Source: Dendrobates tinctorius
Taxonomy: Eukaryota
DNA length: 64,000 nucleotides
Direction: 5' to 3'
NCBI RefSeq assembly: GCF_039654945.1
Contig: NW_027361798.1
Span: 3,472,001-3,536,000, forward strand
The position numbers and the translations under genes are program-made. The notes under the pieces are model-generated. The model saw only the letters and a program-made list of their open reading frames with translations, had not been told where the DNA came from and did no database searches. Shown here piece after piece: positions 1-15,000 of this stretch (within the stretch, counting starts at the first letter, position 1; every line of letters starts with the position of its first letter).

Positions 1-3000
1 AGGAGGTGGAGGCACTGATCATACAGCTCTGCATGGAGGAGGTGGTGGCACTGATCATACAGCCCTGCAGGGAGGAGGTGGAGGCACTGATCATACAGCC
101 CTGCAGGGAGGAGGTGGTGGCACTGATCATACAGCTCTGCAGCGAGGAGGTGATGGCACTGATCATACAGCTCTGCAGCGAGGAGGTGATGGCACTGATC
201 ATACAGCTCTGCAGGGAGGAGGTGGAGGCACTGATCATACAGCCCTGCAGGGAGGAGGTGTTGGCATTGATCATACAGCCCTGCAGCGAGGAGGTGATGG
301 CACTGATCATACAGCTCTGCAGCGAGGAGGTGGCAGTGATTATACAGCTCTGCAGGGAGGTGTTGGCACTGATCATACAGCCCTGCAGCGAGGAGGTGGC
401 AGTGATTATACAGCTCTGCAGGGAGGAGGTGGTGGCACTGATCATACAGTCCTGCAGGGAGGAGGTGGAGGCACTGATCATACAGCCCTGCAGGGAGGAG
501 GTGGTGGCACTGATCATACAGCTCTGCAGCGAGGAGGTGATGGCACTGATCATACAGCTCTGCAGCGAGGAGGTGATGGCACTGATCATACAGCCCTGCA
601 GGGAGGAGGTGTTGGCACTGATCATACAGCCCTGCAGCGAGGAGGTGATGGCACTGATCATACAGCCCTGCAGCGAGGAGGTGGCAGTGATTATACAGCT
701 CTGCAGGGAGGAGGTGGTGGCACTGATCATACAGCCCTGCAGGGAGGAGGTGGAGGCACTGATCATACAGCCCTGCAGCGAGGAGGTGATGGCACTGATC
801 ATACAGCCCTGCAGCGAGGAGGTGGCAGTGATTATACAGCTCTGCAGGGAGGAGGTGGTGGCACTGATCATACAGCCCTGCAGGGAGGAGGTGGAGGCAC
901 TGATCATACAGCCCTGCAGGGAGGTGGTGGCACTGATCATACAGCCCTGCAGGGAGGAGGTGTTGGCACTGATCATACAGCCCTGCAGCGAGGAGGTGAT
1001 GGCACTGATCATACAGCTCTGCAGCTAGGAGGTGGCAGTGATTATACAGCTCTGCAGGGAGGTGATGGCACTGATCATACAGCTCTGCAGGGAGGAGGTG
1101 GAGGCACTGATCATACAGCCCTGCAGGGAGGTGTTGGCACTGATCATACAGACCTGCAGCGAGGAGGTGATGGCACTGATCATACAGCTCTGCAGTGAGG
1201 TGTTGGCACTGATCATACAGCCCTGCAGCGAGGAGGTGGCAGTGATTATACAGCTCTGCAGGGAGGTGTTGGCACTGATCATACAGCTCTGCAGGGAGGA
1301 GGTGGTGGCACTGATCATACAGCTCTGCAGGGATGAGGTGATGGCAGTGATCATACAGCTCTGCAGGGAGGAGGTGGTGGCACTGATCATACAGCTCTGC
1401 ATGGAGGAGGTGGTGGCACTGATCATACAGCTCTGCAGGGAGGAGGTGGCACTGATCATACAGCTCTGCAGGGAGGAGGTGGTGGCACTGATCATACAGC
1501 TCTGCATGGAGGAGGTGGTGGCACTGATCATACAGCCCTGCAGGGAGGAGGTGGAGGCACTGATCATACAGCCCTGCAGGGAGGAGGTGGTGGCACTGAT
1601 CATACAGCTCTGCAGCGAGGAGGTTGTGGCACTCATCATACAGCTCTGCAGCGAGGAGGTGATGGCACTGATCATACAGCTCTGCAGCGAGGAGGTGATG
1701 GTAGTGATCATACAGCTCTGCAAGGAGGAGGTGGTGACACTGATCAAACAGCTCTGCAGGGAGGAGGTGGTGGCACTGATCATACAGCTCTGCAAGGAGG
1801 AGGTGGTGGCACTGATCATACAGCTCTGCAGGGAGGAGGTGGTGGCACTGATCATACAGCTCTGCAGGGAGGAGGAGGTGGCACTTATCATACAGCTCTG
1901 CAGGGAGGAGGTGGTGGCACTGATCATACAGCTCTGCAGGGAGAAGGTGACACTGATCATACAGCTCTGCAGGGAGGAGGTGGTGGCACTGATCATACAG
2001 CTCTGCAGGGAGGAGGTGGTGGCACTGATCATACAGCTCTGCAGGGAGGAGGTGGTGGCACTGATCATACAGCTCTGCAGGGAGGAGGTTGTGGCACTCA
2101 TCATACAGCTCTGCAGGAAGGAGGTGGTGGCACTGATCATACAGCTCTGCAGCGAGGAGGTGATGGAACTGATCATACAGCCCTGCAGGAAGGAGGTGTT
2201 GGCACTGATCATACAGCCCTGCAGCGAGGAGGTGATGGCACTGATCATACAGCCCTGCAGCGAGGAGGTGGCAGTGATTATACAGCTCTGCAGGGAGGAG
2301 GTGGTGGCACTGATCATACAGCCCTGCAGGGAGGAGGTGGAGGCACTGATCATACAGCCCTGCAGGGAGGAGGTGTTAGCACTGATCATACAGCTCTGCA
2401 GGGAGGAGGTGGTGGCAGTGATCATACAGCTCTGCATGGAGGAGGTGGTGGCACTGATCATACAGTCCTGCAGGGAGGAGGTGGAGGCACTGATCATACA
2501 GCCCTGCAGGGAGGAGGTGGTGGCACTGATCATACAGCTCTGCAGCGAGGAGGTGATGGCACTGATCATACAGCTCTGCAGCGAGGAGGTGATGGCACTG
2601 ATCATACAGCCCTGCAGGGAGGAGGTGTTGGCACTGATCATACAGCCCTGCAGCGAGGAGGTGATGGCACTGATCATACAGCCCTGCAGCGAGGAGGTGG
2701 CAGTGATTATACAGCTCTGCAGGGAGGAGGTGGTGGCACTGATCATACAGCCCTGCAGGGAGGAGGTGGAGGCACTGATCATACAGCCCTGCAGGGAGGA
2801 GGTGTTGGCACTGATCATACAGCTCTGCAGGGAGGAGGTGGTGGCTGTGATAATACAGCTCTGCAGGAAGGAGGTGGTGGCACTGATCATACAGCTCTGC
2901 AGGGAGGAGGTGGTGGCACTGATCATACTGCTATGCAGGGAGGAGGTGGTGGCACTGATCATACAGCTCTGCAGGGAGGAGGTGGTGGCACTGATCATAC

Positions 3001-6000
3001 AGCTCTGCATGGAGGAGGTGGTGGCACTGATCATACAGCTCTGCAGGGAGGAGGTGGCACTGATCATACAGCTCTGCAGGGAGGAGGTGGTGGCACTGAT
3101 CATACAGCTCTGCATGGAGGAGGAGGTGGCACTGATCATACAGTCCTGCAGGGAGGAGGTGGAGGCACTGATCATACAGCCCTGCAGGGAGGAGGTGGCA
3201 CTGATCACACAGCTCTGCATGGAGGAGGTGGTGGCACTGATCATACAGCTCTGCATGGAGGAGGTGGTGGCACTGATCATACAGCTCTGCAGGGAGGAGG
3301 TGGTGGCACTGATCATACAGCTCTGCATGGAGGAGGTGGTGGCACTGATCATACAGCTCTGCAGGGAGGAGGTGGCACTGATCATACAGCTCTGCATGGA
3401 GGAGGTGGTGGCACTGATCATACAGCTCTGCAGGGAGGAGGTGGCACTGATCATACAGCTCTGCAGGGAGGAGGTGGTGGCACTGATCATACAGCTCTGC
3501 ATGGAGGAGGAGGTGGCACTGATCATACAGTCCTGCAGGGAGGAGGTGGTGGCACTGATCATACAGCTCTGCAGGGAGGAGGTGGTGGCTGTGATCATAC
3601 AGCTCTGCAGGAAGGAGGTGGTGGCACTGATCATACAGCTCTGCAGGGAGGAGGTGGTGGCACTGATCATACAGCTATGCAGGGAGGAGGTGGTGGCACT
3701 GATCATACAGCTCTGCAGGGAGGAGGTGGTGGCACTGATCATACAGCTCTGCATGGAGGAGGTGGTGGCACTGATCATACAGCTCTGCAGGGAGGAGGTG
3801 GCACTGATCATACAGCTCTGCAGGGAGGAGGTGGTGGCACTGATCATACAGCTCTGCATGGAGGAGGAGGTGGCACTGATCATAAAGTCCTGCAGGGAGG
3901 AGGTGGAGGCACTGATCATACAGCCCTGCAGGGAGGAGGTGGTGGCACTGATCATACAGCTCTGCAGCGAGGAGGTGATGGCACTGATCATACAGCTCTG
4001 CAGCGAGGAGGTGATGGCACTGATCATACAGCCCTGCAGGGAGGAGGTGTTGGCACTGATCATACAGCCCTGCAGCGAGGAGGTGATGGCACTGATCATA
4101 CAGCCCTGCAGCGAGGAGGTGGCAGTGATTATACAGCTCTGCAGGGAGGAGGTGGTGGCACTGATCATACAGCCCTGCAGGGAGGAGGTGGAGGCACTGA
4201 TCATACAGCCCTGCAGGGAGGAGGTGTTGTCACTGATCATACAGCCCTGCAGCGAGGAGGTGATGGCACTGATCATACAGCTCTGCAGCGAGGAGGTGGC
4301 AGTGATTATACAGCTCTGCAGGGAGGTGGAGGCACTGATCATACAGCCCTGCAGGGAGGAGGTGTTGTCACTGATCATACAGCCCTGCAGCGAGGAGGTG
4401 ATGGCACTGATCATACAGCTCTGCAGCGAGGAGGTGGCAGTGATTATACAGCTCTGCAGGGAGGTGATGGCACTGATCATACAGCTCTGCAGGGAGGAGG
4501 TGGTGGCACTGATCATACAGCCTTGCAGGGAGGTGTTGGCACTGATCATACAGCCCTGCAGCGAGGAGGTGATGGCACTGATCATACAGCTCTGCAGGGA
4601 GGTGTTGGCACTGATCATACAGCTCTGCAGGGAGGAGGTGGTGGCACTGATCATACAGCTCTGCAGGGATGAGGTGATGGCAGTGATCATACAGCTCTGC
4701 AGGGAGGAGGTGGTGGCACTGATCATACAGCTCTGCAGGGAGGAGGTGGTGGCACTGATCATACAGCTCTGCATGGAGGAGGTGGTGGCACTGATCATAC
4801 AGCTCTGCAGGGAGGAGGTGGCACTGATCATACAGCTCTGCAGGGAGGAGGTGGAGGCACTGATCATACAGCTCTGCATGGAGGAGGTGGTGGCACTGAT
4901 CATACAGCCCTGCAGGGAGGAGGTGGAGGCACTGATCATACAGCCCTGCAGGGAGGAGGTGGTGGCACTGATCATACAGCTCTGCAGCGAGGAGGTGATG
5001 GCACTGATCATACAGCTCTGCAGCGAGGAGGTGATGGCACTGATCATACAGCTCTGCAGGGAGGAGGTGGAGGCACTGATCATACAGCCCTGCAGGGAGG
5101 AGGTGTTGGCATTGATCATACAGCCCTGCAGCGAGGAGGTGATGGCACTGATCATACAGCTCTGCAGCGAGGAGGTGGCAGTGATTATACAGCTCTGCAG
5201 GGAGGTGTTGGCACTGATCATACAGCCCTGCAGCGAGGAGGTGGCAGTGATTATACAGCTCTGCAGGGAGGAGGTGGTGGCACTGATCATACAGTCCTGC
5301 AGGGAGGAGGTGGAGGCACTGATCATACAGCCCTGCAGGGAGGAGGTGGTGGCACTGATCATACAGCTCTGCAGCGAGGAGGTGATGGCACTGATCATAC
5401 AGCTCTGCAGCGAGGAGGTGATGGCACTGATCATACAGCCCTGCAGGGAGGAGGTGTTGGCACTGATCATACAGCCCTGCAGCGAGGAGGTGATGGCACT
5501 GATCATACAGCCCTGCAGCGAGGAGGTGGCAGTGATTATACAGCTCTGCAGGGAGGAGGTGGTGGCACTGATCATACAGCCCTGCAGGGAGGAGGTGGAG
5601 GCACTGATCATACAGCCCTGCAGCGAGGAGGTGATGGCACTGATCATACAGCTCTGCAGCGAGGAGGTGGCAGTGATTACACAGCTCTGCAGGGAGGTGA
5701 TGGCACTGATCATACAGCTCTGCAGGGAGGAGGTGGAGGCACTGATCATACAGCCCTGCAGGGAGGTGGTGGCACTGATCATACAGCCCTGCAGGGAGGA
5801 GGTGTTGGCACTGATCATACAGCCCTGCAGCGAGGAGGTGATGGCACTGATCATACAGCTCTGCAGCGAGGAGGTGGCAGTGATTATACAGCTCTGCAGG
5901 GAGGTGATGGCACTGATCATACAGCTCTGCAGGGAGGAGGTGGAGGCACTGATCATACAGCCCTGCAGGGAGGTGTTGGCACTGATCATACAGACCTGCA

Positions 6001-9000
6001 GCGAGGAGGTGATGGCACTGATCATACAGCTCTGCAGGGAGGTGTTGGCACTGATCATACAGCCCTGCAGCGAGGAGGTGGCAGTGATTATACAGCTCTG
6101 CAGGGAGGTGTTGGCACTGATCATACAGCTCTGCAGGGAGGAGGTGGTGGCACTGATCATACAGCTCTGCAGGGATGAGGTGATGGCAGTGATCATACAG
6201 CTCTGCAGGGAGGAGGTGGTGGCACTGATCATACAGCTCTGCATGGAGGAGGTGGTGGCACTAATCATACAGCTCTGCAGGGAGGAGGTGGCACTGATCA
6301 TACAGCTCTGCAGGGAGGAGGTGGTGGCACTGATCATACAGCTCTGCATGGAGGAGGTGGTGGCACTGATCATACAGCCCTGCAGGGAGGAGGTGGAGGC
6401 ACTGATCATACAGCCCTGCAGGGAGGAGGTGGTGGCACTGATCATACAGCTCTGCAGCGAGGAGGTTGTGGCACTCATCATACAGCTCTGCAGCGAGGAG
6501 GTGATGGCACTGATCATACAGCTCTGCAGCGAGGAGGTGATGGCACTGATCATACAGCCCTGCAGGGAGGAGGTGTTGGCACTGATCATACAGCCCTGCA
6601 GCGAGGAGGTGATGGCACTGATCATACAGCCCTGCAGCGAGGAGGTGGCAGTGATTATACAGCTCTGCAGGGAGGAGGTGGTGGCACTGATCATACAGCC
6701 CTGCAGGGAGGAGGTGGAGGCACTGATCATACAGCCCTGCAGGGAGGAGGTGTTGGCACTGATCATACAGCTCTGCAGGGAGGAGGTGGTGGCTGTGATC
6801 ATACAGCTCTGCAGGAAGGAGGTGGTGGCACTGATCATACAGCTCTGCAGGGAGGAGGTGGTGGCACTGATCATACAGCTCTGCAGGGATGAGGTGATGG
6901 CAGTGATCATACAGCTCTGCAGGGAGGAGGTGGTGGCACTGATCATACAGCTCTGCAGGGAGGAGGTGGTGGCACTGATCATACAGCTCTGCAGGGAGGA
7001 GGTGGTGGCACTGATCATACAGCTCTGCATGGAGGAGGTGGTGGCACTGATCATACAGCTCTGCAGGGAGGAGGTGGCACTGATCATACAGCTCTGCAGG
7101 GAGGAGGTGGTGGCACTGATCATACAGCTCTGCATGGAGGAGGTGGTGGCACTGATCATACAGTCCTGCAGGGAGGAGGTGGAGGCACTGATCATACAGC
7201 CCTGCAGGGAGGAGATGGTGGCACTGATCATACAGCTCTGCAGCGAGGAGGTGATGGCACTGATCATACAGCTCTGCAGCGAGGAGGTGATGGCACTGAT
7301 CATACAGCCCTGCAGGGAGGAGGTGTTGGCACTGATCATACAGCCCTGCAGCGAGGAGGTGATGGCACTGATCATACAGCCCTGCAGCGAGGAGGTGGCA
7401 GTGATTATACAGCTCTGCAGGGAGGAGGTGGTGGCACTGATCATACAGCCCTGCAGGGAGGAGGTGGAGGCACTGATCATACAGCCCTGCAGCGAGGAGG
7501 TGATGGCACTGATCATACAGCTCTGCAGCGAGGAGGTGGCAGTGATTATACAGCTCTGCAGGGAGGTGATGGCACTGATCATACAGCTCTGCAGGGAGGA
7601 GGTGGTGGCACTGATCATACAGCCCTGCAGGGAGGTGTTGGCACTGATCATACAGCCCTGCAGCGAGGAGGTGATGGCACTGATCATACAGCTCTGCAGG
7701 GAGGTGTTGGCACTGATCATACAGCCCTGCAGCGAGGAGGTGGCAGTGATTATACAGCTCTGCAGGGAGGTGTTGGCACTGATCATACAGCTCTGCAGGG
7801 AGGAGGTGGTGGCACTGATCATACAGCTCTGCAGGGATGAGGTGATGGCAGTGATCATACAGCTCTGCAGGGAGGAGGTGGTGGCACTGATCATACAGCT
7901 CTGCAGGGAGGAGGTGGTGGCACTGATCATACAGCTCTGCATGGAGGAGGTGGTGGCACTGATCATACAGCTCTGCAGGGAGGAGGTGGCACTGATCATA
8001 CAGCTCTGCAGGGAGGAGATGGAGGCACTGATCATATAGCTCTGCATGGAGGAGGTGGTGGCACTGATCATACAGCCCTGCAGGGAGGAGGTGGAGGCAC
8101 TGATCATACAGCCCTGCAGGGAGGAGGTGGTGGCACTGATCATACAGCTCTGCAGCGAGGAGGTGATGGCACTGATCATACAGCTCTGCAGCGAGGAGGT
8201 GATGGCACTGATCATACAGCTCTGCAGGGAGGAGGTGGAGGCACTGATCATACAGCCCTGCAGGGAGGAGGTGTTGGCATTGATCATACAGCCCTGCAGC
8301 GAGGAGGTGATGGCACTGATCATACAGCTCTGCAGCGAGGAGGTGGCAGTGATTATACAGCTCTGCAGGGAGGTGTTGGCACTGATCATACAGCCCTGCA
8401 GCGAGGAGGTGGCAGTGATTATACAGCTCTGCAGGGAGGAGGTGGTGGCACTGATCATACAGTCCTGCAGGGAGGAGGTGGAGGCACTGATCATACAGCC
8501 CTGCAGGGAGGAGGTGGCACTGATCATACAGCTCTGCAGGGAGGAGGTGGTGGCACTGATCATACAGCTCTGCATGGAGGAGGTGGTGGCACTGATCATA
8601 CAGCCCTGCAGGGAGGAGGTGGAGGCACTGATCATACAGCCCTGCAGGGAGGAGGTGGTGGCACTGATCATACAGCTCTGCAGCGAGGAGGTTGTGGCAC
8701 TCATCATACAGCTCTGCAGCGAGGAGGTGATGGCACTGATCATACAGCTCTGCAGCGAGGAGGTGATGGTAGTGATCATACAGCTCTGCAAGGAGGAGGT
8801 GGTGACACTGATCAAACAGCTCTGCAGGGAGGAGGTGGTGGCACTGATCATACAGCTCTGCAAGGAGGAGGTGGTGGCACTGATCATACAGCTCTGCAGG
8901 GAGGAGGTGGTGGCACTGATCATACAGCTCTGCAGGGAGGAGGAGGTGGCACTTATCATACAGCTCTGCAGGGAGGAGGTGGTGGCACTGATCATACAGC

Positions 9001-12000
9001 TCTGCAGGGAGAAGGTGACACTGATCATACAGCTCTGCAGGGAGGAGGTGGTGGCACTGATCATACAGCTCTGCAGGGAGGAGGTGGTGGCACTGATCAT
9101 ACAGCTCTGCAGGGAGGAGGTGGTGGCACTGATCATACAGCTCTGCAGGGAGGAGGTTGTGGCACTCATCATACAGCTCTGCAGGAAGGAGGTGGTGGCA
9201 CTGATCATACAGCTCTGCAGCGAGGAGGTGATGGAACTGATCATACAGCCCTGCAGGAAGGAGGTGTTGGCACTGATCATACAGCCCTGCAGCGAGGAGG
9301 TGATGGCACTGATCATACAGCCCTGCAGCGAGGAGGTGGCAGTGATTATACAGCTCTGCAGGGAGGAGGTGGTGGCACTGATCATACAGCCCTGCAGGGA
9401 GGAGGTGGAGGCACTGATCATACAGCCCTGCAGGGAGGAGGTGTTAGCACTGATCATACAGCTCTGCATGGAGGAGGTGGTGGCACTGATCATACAGTCC
9501 TGCAGGGAGGAGGTGGAGGCACTGATCATACAGCCCTGCAGGGAGGAGGTGGTGGCACTGATCATACAGCTCTGCAGCGAGGAGGTGATGGCACTGATCA
9601 TACAGCTCTGCAGCGAGGAGGTGATGGCACTGATCATACAGCCCTGCAGGGAGGAGGTGTTGGCACTGATCATACAGCCCTGCAGCGAGGAGGTGATGGC
9701 ACTGATCATACAGCCCTGCAGCGAGGAGGTGGCAGTGATTATACAGCTCTGCAGGGAGGAGGTGGTGGCACTGATCATACAGCCCTGCAGGGAGGAGGTG
9801 GAGGCACTGATCATACAGCCCTGCAGGGAGGAGGTGTTGGCACTGATCATACAGCTCTGCAGGGAGGAGGTGGTGGCTGTGATAATACAGCTCTGCAGGA
9901 AGGAGGTGGTGGCACTGATCATACAGCTCTGCAGGGAGGAGGTGGTGGCACTGATCATACTGCTATGCAGGGAGGAGGTGGTGGCACTGATCATACAGCT
10001 CTGCAGGGAGGAGGTGGTGGCACTGATCATACAGCTCTGCATGGAGGAGGTGGTGGCACTGATCATACAGCTCTGCAGGGAGGAGGTGGCACTGATCATA
10101 CAGCTCTGCAGGGAGGAGGTGGTGGCACTGATCATACAGCTCTGCATGGAGGAGGAGGTGGCACTGATCATACAGTCCTGCAGGGAGGAGGTGGAGGCAC
10201 TGATCATACAGCCCTGCAGGGAGGAGGTGGCACTGATCACACAGCTCTGCATGGAGGAGGTGGTGGCACTGATCATACAGCTCTGCATGGAGGAGGTGGT
10301 GGCACTGATCATACAGCTCTGCAGGGAGGAGGTGGTGGCACTGATCATACAGCTCTGCATGGAGGAGGTGGTGGCACTGATCATACAGCTCTGCAGGGAG
10401 GAGGTGGCACTGATCATACAGCTCTGCATGGAGGAGGTGGTGGCACTGATCATACAGCTCTGCAGGGAGGAGGTGGCACTGATCATACAGCTCTGCAGGG
10501 AGGAGGTGGTGGCACTGATCATACAGCTCTGCATGGAGGAGGAGGTGGCACTGATCATACAGTCCTGCAGGGAGGAGGTGGTGGCACTGATCATACAGCT
10601 CTGCAGGGAGGAGGTGGTGGCTGTGATCATACAGCTCTGCAGGAAGGAGGTGGTGGCACTGATCATACAGCTCTGCAGGGAGGAGGTGGTGGCACTGATC
10701 ATACAGCTATGCAGGGAGGAGGTGGTGGCACTGATCATACAGCTCTGCAGGGAGGAGGTGGTGGCACTGATCATACAGCTCTGCATGGAGGAGGTTGTGG
10801 CACTGATCATACAGCTCTGCAGGGAGGAGGTGGCACTGATCATACAGCTCTGCAGGGAGGAGGTGGTGGCACTGATCATACAGCTCTGCATGGAGGAGGA
10901 GGTGGCACTGATCATAAAGTCCTGCAGGGAGGAGGTGGAGGCACTGATCATACAGCCCTGCAGGGAGGAGGTGGTGGCACTGATCATACAGCTCTGCAGC
11001 GAGGAGGTGATGGCACTGATCATACAGCTCTGCAGCGAGGAGGTGATGGCACTGATCATACAGCCCTGCAGGGAGGAGGTGTTGGCACTGATCATACAGC
11101 CCTGCAGCGAGGAGGTGATGGCACTGATCATACAGCCCTGCAGCGAGGAGGTGGCAGTGATTATACAGCTCTGCAGGGAGGAGGTGGTGGCACTGATCAT
11201 ACAGCCCTGCAGGGAGGAGGTGGAGGCACTGATCATACAGCCCTGCAGGGAGGAGGTGTTGTCACTGATCATACAGCCCTGCAGCGAGGAGGTGATGGCA
11301 CTGATCATACAGCTCTGCAGCGAGGAGGTGGCAGTGATTATACAGCTCTGCAGGGAGGTGGAGGCACTGATCATACAGCCCTGCAGGGAGGAGGTGTTGT
11401 CACTGATCATACAGCCCTGCAGCGAGGAGGTGATGGCACTGATCATACAGCTCTGCAGCGAGGAGGTGGCAGTGATTATACAGCTCTGCAGGGAGGTGAT
11501 GGCACTGATCATACAGCTCTGCAGGGAGGAGGTGGTGGCACTGATCATACAGCCTTGCAGGGAGGTGTTGGCACTGATCATACAGCCCTGCAGCGAGGAG
11601 GTGATGGCACTGATCATACAGCTCTGCAGGGAGGTGTTGGCACTGATCATACAGCTCTGCAGGGAGGAGGTGGTGGCACTGATCATACAGCTCTGCAGGG
11701 ATGAGGTGATGGCAGTGATCATACAGCTCTGCAGGGAGGAGGTGGTGGCACTGATCATACAGCTCTGCAGGGAGGAGGTGGTGGCACTGATCATACAGCT
11801 CTGCATGGAGGAGGTGGTGGCACTGATCATACAGCTCTGCAGGGAGGAGGTGGCACTGATCATACAGCTCTGCAGGGAGGAGGTGGAGGCACTGATCATA
11901 CAGCTCTGCATGGAGGAGGTGGTGGCACTGATCATACAGCCCTGCAGGGAGGAGGTGGAGGCACTGATCATACAGCCCTGCAGGGAGGAGGTGGTGGCAC

Positions 12001-15000
12001 TGATCATACAGCTCTGCAGCGAGGAGGTGATGGCACTGATCATACAGCTCTGCAGCGAGGAGGTGATGGCACTGATCATACAGCTCTGCAGGGAGGAGGT
12101 GGAGGCACTGATCATACAGCCCTGCAGGGAGGAGGTGTTGGCATTGATCATACAGCCCTGCAGCGAGGAGGTGATGGCACTGATCATACAGCTCTGCAGC
12201 GAGGAGGTGGCAGTGATTATACAGCTCTGCAGGGAGGTGTTGGCACTGATCATACAGCCCTGCAGCGAGGAGGTGGCAGTGATTATACAGCTCTGCAGGG
12301 AGGAGGTGGTGGCACTGATCATACAGTCCTGCAGGGAGGAGGTGGAGGCACTGATCATACAGCCCTGCAGGGAGGAGGTGGTGGCACTGATCATACAGCT
12401 CTGCAGCGAGGAGGTGATGGCACTGATCATACAGCTCTGCAGCGAGGAGGTGATGGCACTGATCATACAGCCCTGCAGGGAGGAGGTGTTGGCACTGATC
12501 ATACAGCCCTGCAGCGAGGAGGTGATGGCACTGATCATACAGCCCTGCAGCGAGGAGGTGGCAGTGATTATACAGCTCTGCAGGGAGGAGGTGGTGGCAC
12601 TGATCATACAGCCCTGCAGGGAGGAGGTGGAGGCACTGATCATACAGCCCTGCAGCGAGGAGGTGATGGCACTGATCATACAGCTCTGCAGCGAGGAGGT
12701 GGCAGTGATTACACAGCTCTGCAGGGAGGTGATGGCACTGATCATACAGCTCTGCAGGGAGGAGGTGGAGGCACTGATCATACAGCCCTGCAGGGAGGTG
12801 GTGGCACTGATCATACAGCCCTGCAGGGAGGAGGTGTTGGCACTGATCATACAGCCCTGCAGCGAGGAGGTGATGGCACTGATCATACAGCTCTGCAGCG
12901 AGGAGGTGGCAGTGATTATACAGCTCTGCAGGGAGGTGATGGCACTGATCATACAGCTCTGCAGGGAGGAGGTGGAGGCACTGATCATACAGCCCTGCAG
13001 GGAGGTGTTGGCACTGATCATACAGACCTGCAGCGAGGAGGTGATGGCACTGATCATACAGCTCTGCAGGGAGGTGTTGGCACTGATCATACAGCCCTGC
13101 AGCGAGGAGGTGGCAGTGATTATACAGCTCTGCAGGGAGGTGTTGGCACTGATCATACAGCTCTGCAGGGAGGAGGTGGTGGCACTGATCATACAGCTCT
13201 GCAGGGATGAGGTGATGGCAGTGATCATACAGCTCTGCAGGGAGGAGGTGGTGGCACTGATCATACAGCTCTGCATGGAGGAGGTGGTGGCACTAATCAT
13301 ACAGCTCTGCAGGGAGGAGGTGGCACTGATCATACAGCTCTGCAGGGAGGAGGTGGTGGCACTGATCATACAGCTCTGCATGGAGGAGGTGGTGGCACTG
13401 ATCATACAGCCCTGCAGGGAGGAGGTGGAGGCACTGATCATACAGCCCTGCAGGGAGGAGGTGGTGGCACTGATCATACAGCTCTGCAGCGAGGAGGTTG
13501 TGGCACTCATCATACAGCTCTGCAGCGAGGAGGTGATGGCACTGATCATACAGCTCTGCAGCGAGGAGGTGATGGCACTGATCATACAGCCCTGCAGGGA
13601 GGAGGTGTTGGCACTGATCATACAGCCCTGCAGCGAGGAGGTGATGGCACTGATCATACAGCCCTGCAGCGAGGAGGTGGCAGTGATTATACAGCTCTGC
13701 AGGGAGGAGGTGGTGGCACTGATCATACAGCCCTGCAGGGAGGAGGTGGAGGCACTGATCATACAGCCCTGCAGGGAGGAGGTGTTGGCACTGATCATAC
13801 AGCTCTGCAGGGAGGAGGTGGTGGCTGTGATCATACAGCTCTGCAGGAAGGAGGTGGTGGCACTGATCATACAGCTCTGCAGGGAGGAGGTGGTGGCACT
13901 GATCATACAGCTCTGCAGGGATGAGGTGATGGCAGTGATCATACAGCTCTGCAGGGAGGAGGTGGTGGCACTGATCATACAGCTCTGCAGGGAGGAGGTG
14001 GTGGCACTGATCATACAGCTCTGCAGGGAGGAGGTGGTGGCACTGATCATACAGCTCTGCATGGAGGAGGTGGTGGCACTGATCATACAGCTCTGCAGGG
14101 AGGAGGTGGCACTGATCATACAGCTCTGCAGGGAGGAGGTGGTGGCACTGATCATACAGCTCTGCATGGAGGAGGTGGTGGCACTGATCATACAGTCCTG
14201 CAGGGAGGAGGTGGAGGCACTGATCATACAGCCCTGCAGGGAGGAGATGGTGGCACTGATCATACAGCTCTGCAGCGAGGAGGTGATGGCACTGATCATA
14301 CAGCTCTGCAGCGAGGAGGTGATGGCACTGATCATACAGCCCTGCAGGGAGGAGGTGTTGGCACTGATCATACAGCCCTGCAGCGAGGAGGTGATGGCAC
14401 TGATCATACAGCCCTGCAGCGAGGAGGTGGCAGTGATTATACAGCTCTGCAGGGAGGAGGTGGTGGCACTGATCATACAGCCCTGCAGGGAGGAGGTGGA
14501 GGCACTGATCATACAGCCCTGCAGCGAGGAGGTGATGGCACTGATCATACAGCTCTGCAGCGAGGAGGTGGCAGTGATTATACAGCTCTGCAGGGAGGTG
14601 ATGGCACTGATCATACAGCTCTGCAGGGAGGAGGTGGTGGTACTGATCATACAGCCCTGCAGGGAGGTGTTGGCACTGATCATACAGCCCTGCAGCGAGG
14701 AGGTGATGGCACTGATCATACAGCTCTGCAGGGAGGTGTTGGCACTGATCATACAGCCCTGCAGCGAGGAGGTGGCAGTGATTATACAGCTCTGCAGGGA
14801 GGTGTTGGCACTGATCATACAGCTCTGCAGGGAGGAGGTGGTGGCACTGATCATACAGCTCTGCAGGGATGAGGTGATGGCAGTGATCATACAGCTCTGC
14901 AGGGAGGAGGTGGTGGCACTGATCATACAGCTCTGCAGGGAGGAGGTGGTGGCACTGATCATACAGCTCTGCATGGAGGAGGTGGTGGCACTGATCATAC